From contig CAZTWW010000002.1 in NCBI GenBank assembly GCA_964618165.1, forward strand, positions 1 to 57,148: 57,148 bases of DNA. The letters are read 5' to 3'. The first letter of the stretch is position 1; each line of letters starts with the position of its first letter. This stretch comes from an uncultured Candidatus Saccharibacteria bacterium. Its GTDB lineage: Bacteria > Patescibacteriota > Minisyncoccia > Phycocordibacterales > UBA918. The translations under genes were made by a program, and so were the position numbers. A model generated the notes under the pieces. It had not been told where the DNA came from. It made no database searches and saw nothing but the letters and a program-made list of their open reading frames with translations. Shown here one piece after another: positions 54,686-57,148 of this stretch.

Positions 54686-54711
54686 AAACGGTAGGTACAC
54701 ACCTACCGTTT
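54686..54711 (+). terminator. Hairpin terminator after dnaJ
   Basis: Stem aaacggtaggt/acctaccgttt. Confidence 0.65.
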
Positions 54712-54716
54712 ATTAT

Positions 54717-55190
54717 ATGAATACCGGAGACGTATTGCTCCTCTTGCAAGAATTCGCCTACCTCATTGGGGTGTTTGGATTCTTCATCACGTACGCTATT
54801 GTGCGTGGACGTCAGCATGTCATTAATCTCATTGCTGGCCTCTACTTCGCGCTCCTGATCTCACTTGAGTTTCCATACTACGACATGCTCCTTGGTGGGG
54901 AAGACGATGCGCTTGGACGCGTCATCATCTTTGGCTTCTTTACCGTAGTCTCAACCATTCTCTTCACCCGTCTCATGCCACGAGAGTACCAAGAAAAGAA
55001 GTTTGAGAGCTTCCCGAAGAAGCTTCTCCTCGCTATCGCTGGTACCGTCCTCGTAATGATATACAGCTTCCACGTGCTCCCCGTGACCGAGTTCGTCACC
55101 CCCGGCACCCCGATTCAATCTATCTTCGCCCCCGCCAATTACTTCTTCTGGTGGCTCCTTGCCCCGCTTGTTATCCTCTATTTTAACTAG
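54717..55190 (+). CDS. Hypothetical membrane protein
   Basis: About 5 TM helices. The ATG at 54717 follows the terminator. The track ORF (54549) runs through the dnaJ 3' end. Confidence 0.5.
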   Translation: MNTGDVLLLLQEFAYLIGVFGFFITYAIVRGRQHVINLIAGLYFALLISLEFPYYDMLLGGEDDALGRVIIFGFFTVVSTILFTRLMPREYQEKKFESFPKKLLLAIAGTVLVMIYSFHVLPVTEFVTPGTPIQSIFAPANYFFWWLLAPLVILYFN

Positions 55191-55286
55191 GTTTTTAGGG
55201 CTAAATCCTCAAATCACACTCCAAATTCTTTACTTTTTCACTTTTATGTGATATAGTATTAGAAGTAGTCACCAAGGAGGTTCGTC

Positions 55287-55799
55287 ATGACTCGTGTCTT
55301 GAAGCGAATCCTCCTCTGGGGTTCGCGAGTTGCGTTTGGGTTATTTCTGCTCTCAAGCGCCAATAACATCTTTGACTGGGGCATCTATCCCGTAGTCATG
55401 TGTCAGATGGGATCGACGGTGGGTGGTATCACGATGGCAATCATCTCGATACCGTTTAACTATCTTCTCATTCGACTCTATGATTTACTTGGGCAAGATC
55501 TCATGGGTCTCGAATCACTCAAAGAGTACGAAAACTCTGAGGGTGACACCCGAGTGAGAAGATTGCTTCGAAAACTGCTCGCAAGAGGCAGGATCGGAAC
55601 ATTCATCTTCCTGTCAATTTACGACCCGATACCAGCCACACTGTACATGAGACAAGGAGTAAACACTTTTCACGGACTTCGCGGAAAAGACTGGCTCTGG
55701 TTCTCACTGTCGACCGTCATTGCAAACATTGCATGGATTGCCGTGATGGCGCTGGGTCTCGAGATAGTCGAAGAAGTGAGTGGGGCGTGTGTGATCTAA
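55287..55799 (+). CDS. Hypothetical membrane protein
   Basis: 4 TM helices. AAGGAGG SD lies 6 nt upstream. Confidence 0.55.
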   Translation: MTRVLKRILLWGSRVAFGLFLLSSANNIFDWGIYPVVMCQMGSTVGGITMAIISIPFNYLLIRLYDLLGQDLMGLESLKEYENSEGDTRVRRLLRKLLARGRIGTFIFLSIYDPIPATLYMRQGVNTFHGLRGKDWLWFSLSTVIANIAWIAVMALGLEIVEEVSGACVI

Positions 55800-55842
55800 T
55801 CACCACGCCCTTTCTGTTTGTCTTTGCTATACTCTAGGGACT

Positions 55843-56766
55843 ATGTTTACCGGTTTTATCTATGGTGTTATCGCTGCCTTTTTCTGGTCACTCACCAACA
55901 TCATCGATAAATATCTCACCAAGCGCCATGCGAGCGATGGTAATGTCTGGGGGATAGTGATTCTTTCTTGTTTTTTCCCAGCGATACTCCTTCCAATTGC
56001 ACTCTCACTTACCTCCGCACGGACAGTTGTACTACCGACGACTGATATTACCATTCTTATTACGAGCGGGGCACTGATGGTCGCCTGGATCTACTTTTAC
56101 TTAAAGGCACTGACTGAGGACGATACCTCTGTAGTAATGACGCTATTGGTACTCGCACCACTCTTTGCGCTCATTTTTAGCAATATAATTCTTGGTGAAC
56201 TACCAACTCCGACCCAAATCCTAGCGGGAGCACTTCTCGTTCTTGGTTCACTCGTCGTGAGTTATGAACCTTCAAGCAAAAGTCTGAAACTAAAACTACT
56301 TGCGTATGCGCTTGGTGCGTCCACCGTAATGGGCCTCATGCATGCACTCTTCAAATTCTCAACGATTGAAGGCGAATTTTGGGTTTCGATGTTCTGGCGG
56401 TCGGTCGGGATGATTGCCGCAGGATTTCTACTTTGTCTTATGCTACCAGCAGTCAGAGCGCGGTTCGTTTCATTTATACGTCATTATTTTAAGCAGGGGT
56501 TTACCTTGAATAGCACAAACGAATCACTCACACTGGTAGGCGATACACTTTTTGGTGCTGCTATCCTCCTTGCGCCAATCGCACTCATCCAAACCACCGA
56601 AGCTTACCAGCCAATCTTTATTCTGATCATGAGTTTTCTCCTCGGTAAACTGGGTATCGACAGCGTCCGTGAAGACTATTCAAAGAGTAAGATGAAACAG
56701 AAGATTGTAGGGATAGTACTTGTGATTCTCGGGAGCCTCATCCTCATATTTAACAACCTTGGATAA
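55843..56766 (+). CDS. EamA/DMT-family transporter
   Basis: 10 TM helices in two repeats, with a typical EamA hydrophobic pattern. Confidence 0.7.
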   Translation: MFTGFIYGVIAAFFWSLTNIIDKYLTKRHASDGNVWGIVILSCFFPAILLPIALSLTSARTVVLPTTDITILITSGALMVAWIYFYLKALTEDDTSVVMTLLVLAPLFALIFSNIILGELPTPTQILAGALLVLGSLVVSYEPSSKSLKLKLLAYALGASTVMGLMHALFKFSTIEGEFWVSMFWRSVGMIAAGFLLCLMLPAVRARFVSFIRHYFKQGFTLNSTNESLTLVGDTLFGAAILLAPIALIQTTEAYQPIFILIMSFLLGKLGIDSVREDYSKSKMKQKIVGIVLVILGSLILIFNNLG

Positions 56767-56798
56767 ATTTGAGTACTTGAGTATGCTACACTACAACC

Positions 56799-57148
56799 AT
56801 GGATAACCAGGCGGTTAACCGAACATCATTACGATGCCTGCTCCTTATTCTATTTGTGACAGTATCTGTTGCATTAGTTTTTTTGACTGCCTTCACTAAA
56901 TACTTCTTTGCTAAAGACTACTACTTCTATGTGGAGGCAGCGTGCGACGAAACAACACAAAACTGTTTTGTCCGTGACTGTGACGACTACTGCCCACCAA
57001 ATGGACTGGCAAGCTACAAAGCCTACTACATAAAAGCGTCACTCTTTGAAAGCTGTACTGATAATAGCTGCGCTAATATCTGTGAATCAGATTCTTCAAG
57101 CCAACTCTGCACCGAAATTGCGTGTGACGTAGAGAATGGTGATTCATG
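56799..57148 (+). CDS. Hypothetical Cys-rich anchored protein (3'-truncated by the window end)
   Basis: ATG at 56799, TM 'LLLILFVTVSVALVFLTAF', then many Cys. The reading frame is open to the window end. Confidence 0.4.
   Translation, partial: MDNQAVNRTSLRCLLLILFVTVSVALVFLTAFTKYFFAKDYYFYVEAACDETTQNCFVRDCDDYCPPNGLASYKAYYIKASLFESCTDNSCANICESDSSSQLCTEIACDVENGDS

Noticed and set aside
1-57148. CRISPR arrays, rRNA genes, intact tRNA genes, reverse transcriptases or DGRs, and integrases.
   Set aside because: I saw no regularly spaced short repeats, no rRNA-like conserved blocks, no complete cloverleaf candidates in the intergenic regions I inspected, and no RT (YxDD) or tyrosine/serine recombinase signatures in the ORF track. 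This was done by eye only; tRNAscan-SE or Infernal should confirm it.

Overview
This is a gene-dense bacterial chromosomal window, about 90% coding. All calls were made by eye from motifs and hand translation, with no database or folding software; coordinates are hand-indexed, and several start codons differ from the ORF track. The gene content points to a reduced, probably Patescibacteria/CPR-like genome, which is inference only: stand-alone sigma region 4/HARE-HTH protein, short AlaRS, many TM-anchored hypotheticals, frequent leaderless-looking starts.

The window has two parts.

(1) Accessory island, about 1-9700. It is lower in GC, with hand-counted 60-nt samples of about 33-40% against about 53-62% in the core.
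- A tightly coupled Type III-like mod-res pair with an overlapping UvrD-family helicase gene (79-6793).
- A 480-bp ORF-free, hairpin-rich stretch.
- A csoR / MauE-like / DUF305 copper-type cassette bracketed by a 78-bp direct repeat (76/78 identical).
- A nested perfect-stem structured element (9086-9254).
- An orphan ORF with its own promoter and palindrome.

(2) Core genome, about 9700-57148.
- RND efflux pair, ychF, upp, a histidine kinase / receiver pair, leuS, mltG, mnmA, pepF, alaS.
- The infA-rpmJ-rpsM-rpsK-rpsD-rpoA-rplQ-rplM-rpsI block and grpE-dnaK-dnaJ.
- Several nucleases and hydrolases.

The most unusual observation is an in-frame, AT-shifted module of about 158 aa carrying a near-perfect Nudix box. 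It is inserted in LeuRS directly after the CP1 editing domain.

Other candidates:
- the Mod-Res-UvrD triad;
- the repeat-flanked metal cassette, where each repeat copy holds a small minus-strand ORF;
- two unassigned structured non-coding regions;
- a histidine-kinase operon carrying a possible caspase-fold protein;
- an ATP-cone/Mrr-like nuclease start/stop-overlapped with mnmA;
- a tRNA 3' fragment next to a transposase N-terminal relic.

I found no rRNA, intact tRNA or CRISPR array.
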